A stretch of DNA of 63,658 nucleotides, counting the filler, from Collodictyon triciliatum (Eukaryota), in NCBI GenBank assembly GCA_043381765.1. It is 11 parts of 11 records of this genome, joined end to end, with 100 filler letters (N's around TTAATTAATTAA, not from the genome) between each part and the next. Parts side by side here need not be neighbours in the genome. Positions count along the whole stretch, not along the records: positions 50,609 to 56,389 come from JBHJMP010004943.1; positions 56,490 to 62,313 come from JBHJMP010004944.1; positions 62,414 to 63,658 come from JBHJMP010005113.1; 8 more parts are not named here. The stretch is one strand, 5' to 3'. Below, one piece after another: positions 53,601 to 63,658 of this stretch. Both the position numbers and the translations under genes were made by a program. Every line of letters begins with the position of its first letter. The stretch's first letter is position 1. The notes under the pieces are model-generated. The model was not told where the DNA came from, made no database searches, and saw only the letters and a program-made list of their open reading frames with translations.

Positions 53601-56065
53601 GACTGCTGGGTGGCTTGTGAGACTGCACACCAATACTGCAAGGACAATAAGCTGCATGAAAGTGGCGTGGCGTTCTGGGCTGAGATGAGAGACCGATTCG
53701 CTGATAAACTCGGATGGATTCACGAGAGGACAAGGCTGGCAAATGTTTTCCTGTTGGATTCCAGCAAACATGTCGAGGATTTCAACATCAATATGAAGGG
53801 CTTTAGCTTTTCGGATATTGATAATGCGGATGCCCTGGAGAATGTTGGCCGAACAAACTTTGAGCTTAAAAGGTAATTTCTCTATTTGTTAAAAATTTTA
53901 ATATTTGGTTAAGTTTTTGCAAAAGTACTCAAATATTAACTAATATACATGTATTTAGATTGGACCAAGTCGATGAATACTTCCAGAAGACAGCTGCAAT
54001 CAGAAAGGAGACAAATACAATCATGTCACTGAAAGATACTCATCAAATTGACAACATTATCCGCTTCATGAAAGACAAGAAGGAGCATGAAATTATCATT
54101 CAGGTTTACAAAACGCTGATTCATTTATTCAGCAAGCTTTACTCCATGGATTATCTTGGAATATGGAACAGCTGTGAGGAAATCGACAAGATTTACAAGG
54201 AAATGATGCAGCATAATGAAGCAGTGGTATTCTGGGCTGAGATGAGAGACAGATTCGCTGATAAACTGGGATGGATTCACCCCAGAACGTTAAACTCGTG
54301 CGAATACTTGTCCGTCCATTCAAAGGAAATTGGAATCAACAAAGAGCCTGTCGAGTTTACAAGAGTCAATAGATTCATCTGTGAAACTCTTGATGATGCA
54401 AAACTAGATGAAGAATGGAATCGTGAGCAAATCATTGCGTCATTATTCAGAATTGTCTACATGTCAACGACTGATGAGAGCAAATCAAAGGCTGCATCTG
54501 ATGCAATCACACTTTTGAATTTCATGAATTTTTCGTTTGGTGGAATGGATTTATCAAAAATCAAAATTCCACATGCAAATCTCAGTAACTCAATCCTTGA
54601 TGGTACAAACTTCACTGGTGCCAACTTGGATGGTGTTGATTTCACAAATTCGATGCTTGGTGACTGTGTTTTTGATAATGCGAATATGAGTAATGAGAAA
54701 TTTGGAATTCTGAATGATAAACTAGAAGGCCATACAAGAGCTGTCTATAGTGTTAACATTATTCAAGGACCGAATGGTGAAAAGTGGTTGGCTTCTGGAA
54801 GTTGGGATAAAACAGTACGTATTTGGGATGTAGCCACAGGAAACCAAATCAAAACATTAAGAGGTCATACAGATGGTGTCAACAGCGTTTGCAGTATTCA
54901 AGGACCAAATGGTGAAAATTGGTTGGCTTCTGGAAGCGATGATAAAACAATACGTATTTGGGATATAGCCACAGGAAACCAAATCAAAACATTAGAAGGT
55001 CATATAAATTGGGTCATGAGTGTTTGCAGTCTTCAAGGGCCGAATGGTGAAAGTTGGTTGGCTTCCGGAAGTCGGGATAATACAATACGTATTTGGAATA
55101 TAGCCACAGGAAACGAAATCAAAATATTGGAAGGCCATACAAGCGAAGTCAAAAGTGTCTGCAGTATTCAAGGGATGAATGATGAAAATTGGTTGGCTTC
55201 TGGAAGCTATGATAATAGAATACTTATTTGGGATATAGCCACAGGAAACAAAATCAAAAGACTGGAAGGCCATACAAGCGAAGTCAAGAGTGTCTGCAGT
55301 ATTCAAGGGCTGAATGGTGAAAAGTGGCTGGCTTCTGGAAGTTTTGACAAAACAATACGTATTTGGGATATAGCCACAGGAAACCAAATCAAAATATTAG
55401 AAGGTCATACAAATCAGGTCAAGAGTGTTTGCAATATTCAAGGGCCGAATGGTGAAAACTGGCTGGCTTCTGGAAGTGAAGATGAGACAATAGGTATTTG
55501 GGATGTAGCCACAGGAAACCAAATCAAAACATTAGAAGGTCATACAAATCATATCAACAGTGTTTGCAATATTCAAGGGCCGAATGGTGAAAAATGGTTG
55601 GCTTCTGGAAGTCGTGATAATACAATACGTATTTGGGATGTAGCGATAGGAAACCAAATACACAGTCTGCAAAACTCAGAAGTGACCTTCACCCAAGGAA
55701 AATACTTCGTCAAGAAAGAAAAGCCAGACGAAAATATTGCAGTATTCAATAGAACAAGTGACGCGATGAACACGATTGATACCAACAGAATCCAAGATGC
55801 AAAGACAGTCCAGATTATCGGCCCAAGAAAGCTGCAAGGTGGAAACATCCAAATCAGAAATGTAACAGGATTGAGTCAATTTAACAAATCTCTTCTACTT
55901 TCTATCGGTGCTGCTTCCTTTGATGCGAACTTTGTTGCCTATTGTGAGCAGTATAAATTCACCAACTTCCAGGCTCAAATCGTGGCTGAGTGCTATGAGA
56001 ATGGATGGGGTGTTGATAAAGACCCTGGAAAAGGAGTAGAGTGGAGACAGAAAGCCACAGATTAA
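50609..56065 (+). CDS. NLR/STAND-like protein, 3' part: post-NTPase helical region, TPRs, pentapeptide repeats, 7 WD40, Sel1-like repeat
   Basis: SRIGLSEGDL..YFHQLL..EICYQL (NPHP3/TEP1-like region), kinesin-light-chain-type TPRs (LGENHPNVVACF), AASDAITLLN..IPHANLS..FTGANL, seven 45-aa GH..WD repeats and CYENGWGVDKD. The NTPase domain itself is not in the window. Confidence 0.85.
52802..52868 (+). mobile_element. Short poly(A)-tailed retroposon copy C (intronic)
   Basis: ATGGCTAGCGAACCTAAGCCAACATCTCCACCATCCTGCACAAAATTGAAAGAAGAATA(n); AACTAATT at 52791 and 52872 may be a TSD. Confidence 0.75.
53051..53099 (-). mobile_element. Short poly(A)-tailed retroposon copy D with ~18-bp TSD
   Basis: Reverse complement CCTGCACAAAAGTTGAAAGGAAGAATA(n), flanked by GAAGGAGTATCTCTTTTT at 53033-53050 and 53100-53117. 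Confidence 0.85.
54722..55666 (+). repeat. Seven highly similar 135-nt WD40-coding tandem repeats
   Basis: GGYCATA motif recurs every 135 nt (54728, 54863, ...), with high nucleotide similarity between units. Confidence 0.95.
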
Positions 56066-56685
56066 CAAGGTAAGTAGTGTTATACATTCATATTAATATA
56101 TGTTCGTTAACTATTCATTTTAGATTGAGAGATTCTCTGGGTTTTTCTTCAAGCTGGCTCCGCTTTTTTCCCGGATGCTCCATGAAAATAGAATAAAACC
56201 TTAAAAATGAGAGCAAAGCTGGTCGATGTTTGTTGCAAAACCTTTTTCTTTCTTTCTTTCTTTTTTTCTTTTTTCTTTTTTCTTTTTTCTTTCTTTCTTT
56301 TTTTCTTTTTTTCTTTTTTTCTTTTTTTCTTTTTTTCTTTTTTTCTTTTTTTCTTTTTTTCTTTTTTTCTTTTTTTCTTTTTTTCTTTTNNNNNNNNNNN
56401 NNNNNNNNNNNNNNNNNNNNNNNNNNNNNNNNNTTAATTAATTAANNNNNNNNNNNNNNNNNNNNNNNNNNNNNNNNNNNNNNNNNNNNTTGTTTTTGTT
56501 TTTGTTTTTGTTTTTGTTTTTGTTTTTGTTTTTGTTTTTGTTTTTTGTTTTTGTTTTTGTTTTTGTTTTTGTTTTTGTTTTTGTTTTTGTTTTTGTGGCC
56601 AGATGAAACAAACAATATACACAGAAAACCACAAATTGCAGTTACTATGTTTCTTAATTCTCATAATTCACACCGTGATGGAAAT

Positions 56686-56758
56686 GCCTTCTTAGCACAG
56701 TTGGTAGTGCGTCAGTCTTGTAAACTGAAGGTCCGTGGTTCGATTCCGCGAGGAGGCA
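56686..56758 (+). tRNA. tRNA-Thr (anticodon UGU)
   Basis: Cloverleaf: acceptor GCCTTCT/AGGAGGC, D arm TAGCACAGTTGGTAGTGC, anticodon arm TCAGT-CTTGTAA-ACTGA, T loop GGTTCGATTCC; T7 Pol III terminator at 56763-56769. Confidence 0.97.
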
Positions 56759-57266
56759 TCACTTTTTTTGCCTTAGGTGCTTTGCGATGCACTCACTTTT
56801 TCGCTTCTTTCGCAGACCGGATGCACGGAGTTAGTTTTCGCAGGCACAGATGTTTTGCTTGGGACTTGGACAGGGCTGCGTCGGGATGCTTGGCCGCACA
56901 GTGTTTGGGCTGCGACGGGTACGTGGCTGATTCCGCACGGCTCCGCCTTTTTGATTGACTTCTTTTGTCTGAATGACGTGTTTGGCTCTGTCGCTTTTCT
57001 CTGGGCGCTTTGAAGTGACACTCACACTTTGCAGTCTCTTTGTACACGCAGGAGTTTGGGTTCTGAAGGTTTGAGCTATTCCCCTTGGATATTGTTTCAT
57101 TTTATTATTGATAATGTAATTGCGTGTTGTTATAATCCATTACCCTTTGTACATAGTTCTTGTTCTTGTTTTTGTTTTTGTTTTTTTGTTTATTTTTTTT
57201 TTTCTCATCTTCGCCATCCTGTATGACTTTTGTCGGTGTGACGTTTAAAAAAAAAAAAACTGCCAG

Positions 57267-59835
57267 ATATCCTGGCAAGGATCTGTCTCACAAATCCGAA
57301 CCGCGTTTCTTTAGGTGCCCGCTTTATCAGAGTTGCCCCACTTCGAGGCATGAGTGGTCTTTCATCAAGCGAACCCAATGGACAGAAAAAGCCGCTTGTG
57401 TATGTAGGGATGAGTGGAGGTGTCGACTCTAGCGTTGCTGCCTTACTCATGGTGAAGAAAGGGTGAGTCTTCCGCTTTCATTTCCCAACATCTGAAAGAC
57501 GTAAAGCCAGCGTCCTCTTCTGTCGCTTGCTTACGGTCTAACCTCTTTTTTTTTCTTCTATTTTGTGATGGGTGCAAAAAAAGGAAAGTCTGCAACCAAG
57601 ATATTTTGACTCGCTTTTGAATAGCTTTTTTTTTTTTGTGTGTGTGTGTGTATGCTTTCATTTCTCGAGGATAGTTTTCATGTTGAGGGTGTATATATGA
57701 AAAACTGGGACTCGAGCGATGAGGTTGGGGAACAGACATGTCCTATTGACCAGGTTCGTACAAACCAGTGATGCACTTTATCCATCTGTCGGGTATATCT
57801 TATTTTGAAGGAGCCTCGTTTCCTCTTATGCCAGCAAACACCTCTGTAAAGCTGATGGACTTGCTGAATGTGCATCCCACAAAACCAAACTAAATATGTA
57901 AATGCAATCTTTACTCACAATTTCCTGAAGGATTTAATGGATGTGAAGGCTGTATGCGACAAAATTGGCATAAAGTATCACATGGTATGAACTAATGTTG
58001 TTTGCTGTATGAACTTGTTAAAATACTGTTTGTCCTCAGCAGCTTTTTCGTCGAATGCCATTCATTCTGACAAGTTTGGGATTTAGGTTGACTTTGTGAA
58101 AGATTACTGGAATGATGTATTTGACAGGCTGCTTCGCGACTATGCCAAAGGGATTACACCCAACCCCGATGTTTTCTGCAACTCACGAATAAAGTTCAAC
58201 AAGTTTCTTCAGTATGCCCTCAACAAAGGCGCGGACTACATAGCCACAGGTTTGGAGGAGAGGGAACAATAAACCTGAATCCGAAATCATCAAATCTTTT
58301 ATGTTTAATGTTTGCTTTCTTTGCGCTTTCTCCAAATGATGACACTTACTAACCAAGGTTTGTTTTTTAGGGCACTACGCCCAAATTGGGTTAGATACAA
58401 ATGGTGAACCAGAACTCATCAAAGCCAATGATATTACAAAGGATCAAAGCTATTTCCTTTCACGAGTTCCAAACTCCGCACTCAAGTAGGTCTTTTTTTA
58501 AGAAAAAAAAACACTATTTTATTATGTAATTTTGTATTTCGGTATTAAAAAAAATAAAGAGTAAGAAAAGAATCTGAACCCAGAAAGATCATTTCGTAAA
58601 CTAAACCCAATTATAAGGCTTACTTGAAAAAAAAAATTCAGAAAGTCCATTTTTCCAGTCGGTCACCTTTTAAAATCTGAAGTTAAGAGAATTGCTGAAG
58701 AACACGGGCTTCATAATGCTTTTAGGAGAGAAAGCATGGGAATATGCTTCGTTGGAAAGAAGAAAAAGTTTTCAGATTTTTTAGGTGATGATTTAAGATC
58801 TTCTGTGTGTTAGACNNNNNNNNNNNNNNNNNNNNNNNNNNNNNNNNNNNNNNNNNNNNNNNNNNNNNNNNNNNNNNNNNNNNNNNNNNNNNNNNNNNNN
58901 NNNNNNNNNNNNNNNNNNNNNNNNNNNNNNNNNNNNNNNNNNNNNNNNNNNNNNNNNNNNNNNNNNNNNNNNNNNNNNNNNNNNNNNNNNNNNNNNNNNN
59001 NNNNNNNNNNNNNNNNNNNNNNNNNNNNNNNNNNNNNNNNNNNNNNNNNNNNNNNNNNNNNNNNNNNNNNNNNNNNNNNNNNNNNNNNNNNNNNNNNNNN
59101 NNNNNNNNNNNNNNNNNNNNNNNNNNNNNNNNNNNNNNNNNNNNNNNNNNNNNNNNNNNNNNNNNNNNNNNNNNNNNNNNNNNNNNNNNNNNNNNNNNNN
59201 NNNNNNNNNNNNNNNNNNNNNNNNNNNNNNNNNNNNNNNNNNNNNNNNNNNNNNNNNNNNNNNNNNNNNNNNNNNNNNNNNNNNNNNNNNNNNNNNNNNN
59301 NNNNNNNNNNNNNNNNNNNNNNNNNNNNNNNNNNNNNNNNNNNNNNNNNNNNNNNNNNNNNNNNGCCCGCAGTGTTTTCTGGATTTCCGGTTCACAACCA
59401 AAACAGCTTGCGCAGGTGATGACAATCTATCGGACAAAGCCTCCTACAACCATTCCCTCTCTCATAACCCCTGTTCGGGTGAACTAGAATAGGCTACATG
59501 GTCGCTTGCAGTCATCCTCAAATGAACTTCCAAGCACAAACAACTGACAATCTTTGACACGACGCACAACACAGACAGGAGAACTCGTTTGTGAATATCA
59601 AACACGTTACCACCAAGCCATGGGCACCTGCCTGCTCCGCTACGAGGACGATGACAGAATTGCATCCACGCACACCGTATCAGTCCGCTTCCATGCTCCA
59701 CAACGGGCAGTCACACCGGGACAAATAATTGTGTTTTATCGCGATAGAGTGTGTCTGGGAAGCGCCATCATATCTAAAGCCGGGCCGTCCTACCATGACC
59801 AACATCTCACTTTGCCAGCCGATTTCATCAGGTGA
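57267..59835 (+). CDS. TRMU: Mitochondrial tRNA 2-thiouridylase MnmA/TRMU
   Basis: [73 protein letters not shown]. Arg-rich upstream segment resembles a transit peptide; start uncertain. Confidence 0.95.
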
Positions 59836-60517
59836 GCCCGCAGCAACAAAATAAAACTTGGACGGTTCTTCAACGATTCGGCATTGCCAGGGCAGAGCGT
59901 GTTCTCGCATATAATACAGAGGGTCTGTGACTGTGACAGCCTACCATCTAATCAACACTCAGCATTCGCTTCCTGTGTGTGATTTTATTGTATAATTTTT
60001 TTTTTTTTTTTTTTTTGTGCATTCGCCTCACTCGACTCCGCAACCAACGGCGTCAGATTTCGCCTGCTTGCCGTGATTATGCCAGCCATCGCGTGCATCC
60101 ACCCTCGAGGCTCCAAACATGCCTTTATATGGGCATCTTCACTTCCAACGGCTGCGCGTGCAATCTCTTTTTTGAAAGGCGCGATGCCTAATTCCCAGCG
60201 GTTTTGACAACGAATCGGTCGGGTTGGCTGCTGCGTTGCGTGCAGTAATCAACAAACCACACAATAACATCAGTCTCTGTGACAATCAATACCAAACTGC
60301 TCATCGCCCAGCATCGCACCCAAGACCATGAAGAACTACTCGCTTCCACTGACTCTCAAAAAAGAAAAAAAAGAAAGGAATGGGGTTCCTTTCACTTGCT
60401 CGTCTGAGTCTCGGCCTTGATGTGTTCCCACCCCCGTCACTCACAAACAGGCTCTCTGGTAGGCAAGCAACCCACACCTGGGACCTACGATCAATCCGCA
60501 GTAAAAGATACCAAGGC

Positions 60518-62168
60518 ATGGAAACTGCTGGGAGCTCTATTGTTGAAGAGAAGGTGACTTCTCGACTGAACTTGCCACTACTAAGCTGAATCCTATCCGC
60601 CCTGTCTTGAAAAGCTGCCTATTATTCAGTACCGAGTGTGCTTGCGTTGTAATGACTCTGTTCCTCACACAGGCCATCGTTGAATGGATGAATCTGCGCC
60701 TGGCTAAGACTGGCTTGGTGGTTCAGAACGCACGGGGTGATCTGACGGACGGCTTCGTCGTGGCGAAATTGATTGAAGCGTGCACCAAAGATGTGGTCCA
60801 AGGAATCCACACACGACCTGACAGGTGACACTCGAACGTCAGATTTGAAAGTGCGCATGAGCCCCTGATGAGGCTCTATCCCCTCCTCGCATTCCATGCT
60901 TTGATAATTGTTCTGTTTTATTTTATATTTTTTGATTTTATATTTTTTGATTTTATATTTTTTGATTTTATATTTTTTGATTTTATATTTTTTGATTTTA
61001 TATTTTTTGATTTTATATTTTTTGATTTTATATTTTTTGATTTTATATTTTTTGATTTTATATTTTTTGATTTTATATTTTTTGATTTTATATTTTTGTT
61101 TGTTTTTCTCCAGCCATGCCTCATTAAAAGAGAAAATGTGTACACTTGATTAGGTCACATCCCTTGTCAAGCCAAGAGGAGGTAGGGCAGAACCAGGCGC
61201 TGATAAAAGCGTGGGCACTCGATAGGCTCTTTCCCGAGAAAGAGAGAAGCTTAAATATACTTACAAATGCCTGCTTTGATGGTCTGGGCAATCTTTATTC
61301 ATAATCGTGTCTTACATCAGTTAAAAAGGGTTCGCCTCATTAATTGCTCAACATCACTTTTTTTAAAATTTTCAATCAGATGTTATCCAAATTGTTCTCG
61401 TCCAACTTTTCATACTTGAAGACCTCACATCGCTGCCTCATAGAGAGTTGAAGATCATTTTTCCTGGGGATGATAGGTTATTCTTTGAATGCTACTTATG
61501 TGATGTCCATATGTAACGCCCTCATGATGGCTCTAATATATGCAAAATATTTTTTCTATGACAGATTTTCAAACATTCTCTCAGTATACGACAAAGTTGT
61601 GGGCGTATTAGTAAAAGCAGGACTTGGTAACAGCGCAGTATTTGTGAGGGCAAATCTTAGGATGGGAGACACGCATGTCGCATTTGGAACGTTAGTATTT
61701 TGTGTTATCTGCCACTTTGATATCATGCGTTTCTTTCTTGATTTAATTCACACTGAGAAACCCAACTTGGAAAAACATGTTACGTTTGTAACATTGGAAT
61801 CACAATTAGTCCGTGCAACGCCCTGCCTATATACCACTCTTCATGCTAAAAACTGGGAGAAATTGTTGGATATGAAGACACAGAAAATATCGACGTGTTT
61901 GAAAAAATTGGAGATGTCAACTGCGCTGATGGATTGTATGCAAATGATGTCACAGATAACTATAATGATATATACATATATTAGATGTACCCAAATCATT
62001 TATTTTATCCTAATTGAATTGTACATCTTTCGTTTCTCATAGCTTGGAAGAGGCATTCAATCAATATTTGAAAGTGTACGAGCTTCGCAAGAAAGTGCAT
62101 GGTGATTCTCATCCCTACACAGCTTGCATCCTAGAGAAAATAAGTTGTGCTCTTATCGAATTGGGAAG
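60518..62168 (+). CDS. Calponin-homology domain + TPR protein, 5' part
   Basis: AIVEWMNLRLAKTGLVVQNARGDLTDGFVVAKLIE (CH), then LEEAFNQYLKVYELRKKVHGDSHPYTACILEKI (TPR). Confidence 0.7.
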
Positions 62169-62654
62169 GTTCTTTTTTTTCTTTTTTCTTTTTTCTTTTT
62201 CTTTTTTCTTTTTCTTTTTTCTTTTTTCTTTTTTCTTTTTTCTTTTTTCTTTTTCTTTTTTCTTTTTCTTTTTTCTTTTTCTTTTTTCTTTTTTCTTTTT
62301 CTTTTTTCTTTTTNNNNNNNNNNNNNNNNNNNNNNNNNNNNNNNNNNNNNNNNNNNNTTAATTAATTAANNNNNNNNNNNNNNNNNNNNNNNNNNNNNNN
62401 NNNNNNNNNNNNNTTATTATTTGTATTATTATTTGTATTATTATTTGTATTATTATTTGTATTATTATTTGTATTATTATTTGTATTATTATTTGTATTA
62501 TTATTTGTATTAGTATTTGTATTATTATTTGTATTATTATTTGTATTATTATTTGTATTATTATTTGTATTAGTATTTGTATTAGTATTTGTATTAGTAT
62601 TTGTATTAGTATTTGTATTAGTATTTGTATTTGTATTAGTATTAGTATGCAGCA

Positions 62655-63658
62655 GGGTGAAACTATAAAAACTGATTCATCTCATCAACTGCAGTTCGAG
62701 ATAAGTACTGAAAAACCGAAAAAAAAACGGGTCACGAGGTCAAATTCCTTCTTCTATCAGCATCACTCATCCACGGAAGTCAATGCAGCTGTCTTGTCCT
62801 TGATGTGCAATTACCTCTTCAGATTAAAGTAGGCTATCGACGATTCTTTTGATGAAATATTTCATTCAATTAAATGCACCTTATATATGAAAAAAATCTT
62901 CTTTTTTTTTTTTAGCACCGATGAACTTCGCGACGGCTATCACAGAGAGCTATGTGTTTGTTTCAACGAATCTCATAGTTTTTCCAAGGAAGTGCTAACC
63001 CAAAATGCCGAGCACTTGCTTGAAAATTTTGACCTTCCCATCGGAACAGCAAAGAATATTGCCCTCACTGAGAATCTCTTCATGATGGTTCACTCACTTT
63101 CGAACAAAATACCTCTAATTGTAAGTGCAATATCGAAAAAAAAAACAAACACAGCCTCTATGCAACCTATATTTTTCACTTTGACAAATTGCGTGCCCTT
63201 GGCCACGAAATCATATTTCAAATCTGACAATATAAAATGACTATTAGATTGTCGGTGACCCTGGCTGCTCTAAATCATTTGGGCTTCATATTCTGAAGAG
63301 AAATTTGGTTCCAGAAAATAAAAGAAATTTCCCGCATCTGTCAAAATTGAGCTCCATGATTTTTCTCACACATCAATGCTCACCAGAATCAACAGCAGAA
63401 GGTCTGGATTTTAGATATTTGTAAAATAAAAAATCCTTTGGAATATATATGCATTATTCACAAGATAAAAATATTTAGGTATTATTGAAGTCCATGAGAG
63501 AGCTTCTCAGCAGAAGAAGGAAGATACCTCCGTGGTTCCGGTTGTAGTTCTTGATGAGGTAGAATTGTTGATAGATAGTGAATTTGGGACGCTGTTGACC
63601 ACCCCTTCTAAAAAATTATTGGATACTTAAATTTCTCATTTTTTCATTAAATAGATTG
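62655..63658 (+). CDS. RNF213/mysterin-like AAA+ ATPase fragment
   Basis: AKNIALTENLFMMVHSLSNKIPLI|IVGDPGCSK (Walker A), HQCSPESTAE|GIIEVHERA..VVPVVVLDE (Walker B), which follows the RNF213 AAA module pattern. Confidence 0.82.

Noticed and set aside
54722-55666. 135-nt tandem repeats as a CRISPR array
   Set aside because: The units are in-frame WD40 coding repeats with no unique spacers.
50609-63658. NLR-like, TPR and RNF213-like genes as an immunity gene cluster
   Set aside because: They lie on three different contigs separated by artificial linkers.

Overview
AT-rich, intron-dense eukaryotic (protist-like) DNA. The window is not one locus: it is about 11 short contigs, most near 5.8 kb, joined by artificial N-TTAATTAATTAA-N linkers, so adjacency across linkers has no biological meaning. 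Host genes seen (many partial): BAR-RhoGAP, PH-domain TKL kinase, divergent HAP2/GCS1 fusogen, CTF18 3' end, phospholipase D, RACK1, katanin p60, MFS_2/MFSD2-type transporter, a kinase last exon, MyTH4-RhoGAP, a degenerate two-domain membrane nucleotide cyclase, an NLR-like TPR/pentapeptide/WD40/Sel1 protein, tRNA-Thr(UGU), MnmA/TRMU, a CH+TPR protein and an RNF213-like AAA+ fragment. The top hit is a decayed Fanzor1 (eukaryotic TnpB-like RNA-guided nuclease) element at ~6146-8850. It has a candidate omegaRNA (hairpins plus pseudoknot) at its 3' end and a second, inverted copy at 29478-30563 sharing a ~740 bp left arm. A short poly(A)-tailed retroposon family with target-site duplications occurs four times. 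All family calls come from manual motif reading, not database searches, and boundaries of spliced genes are approximate.
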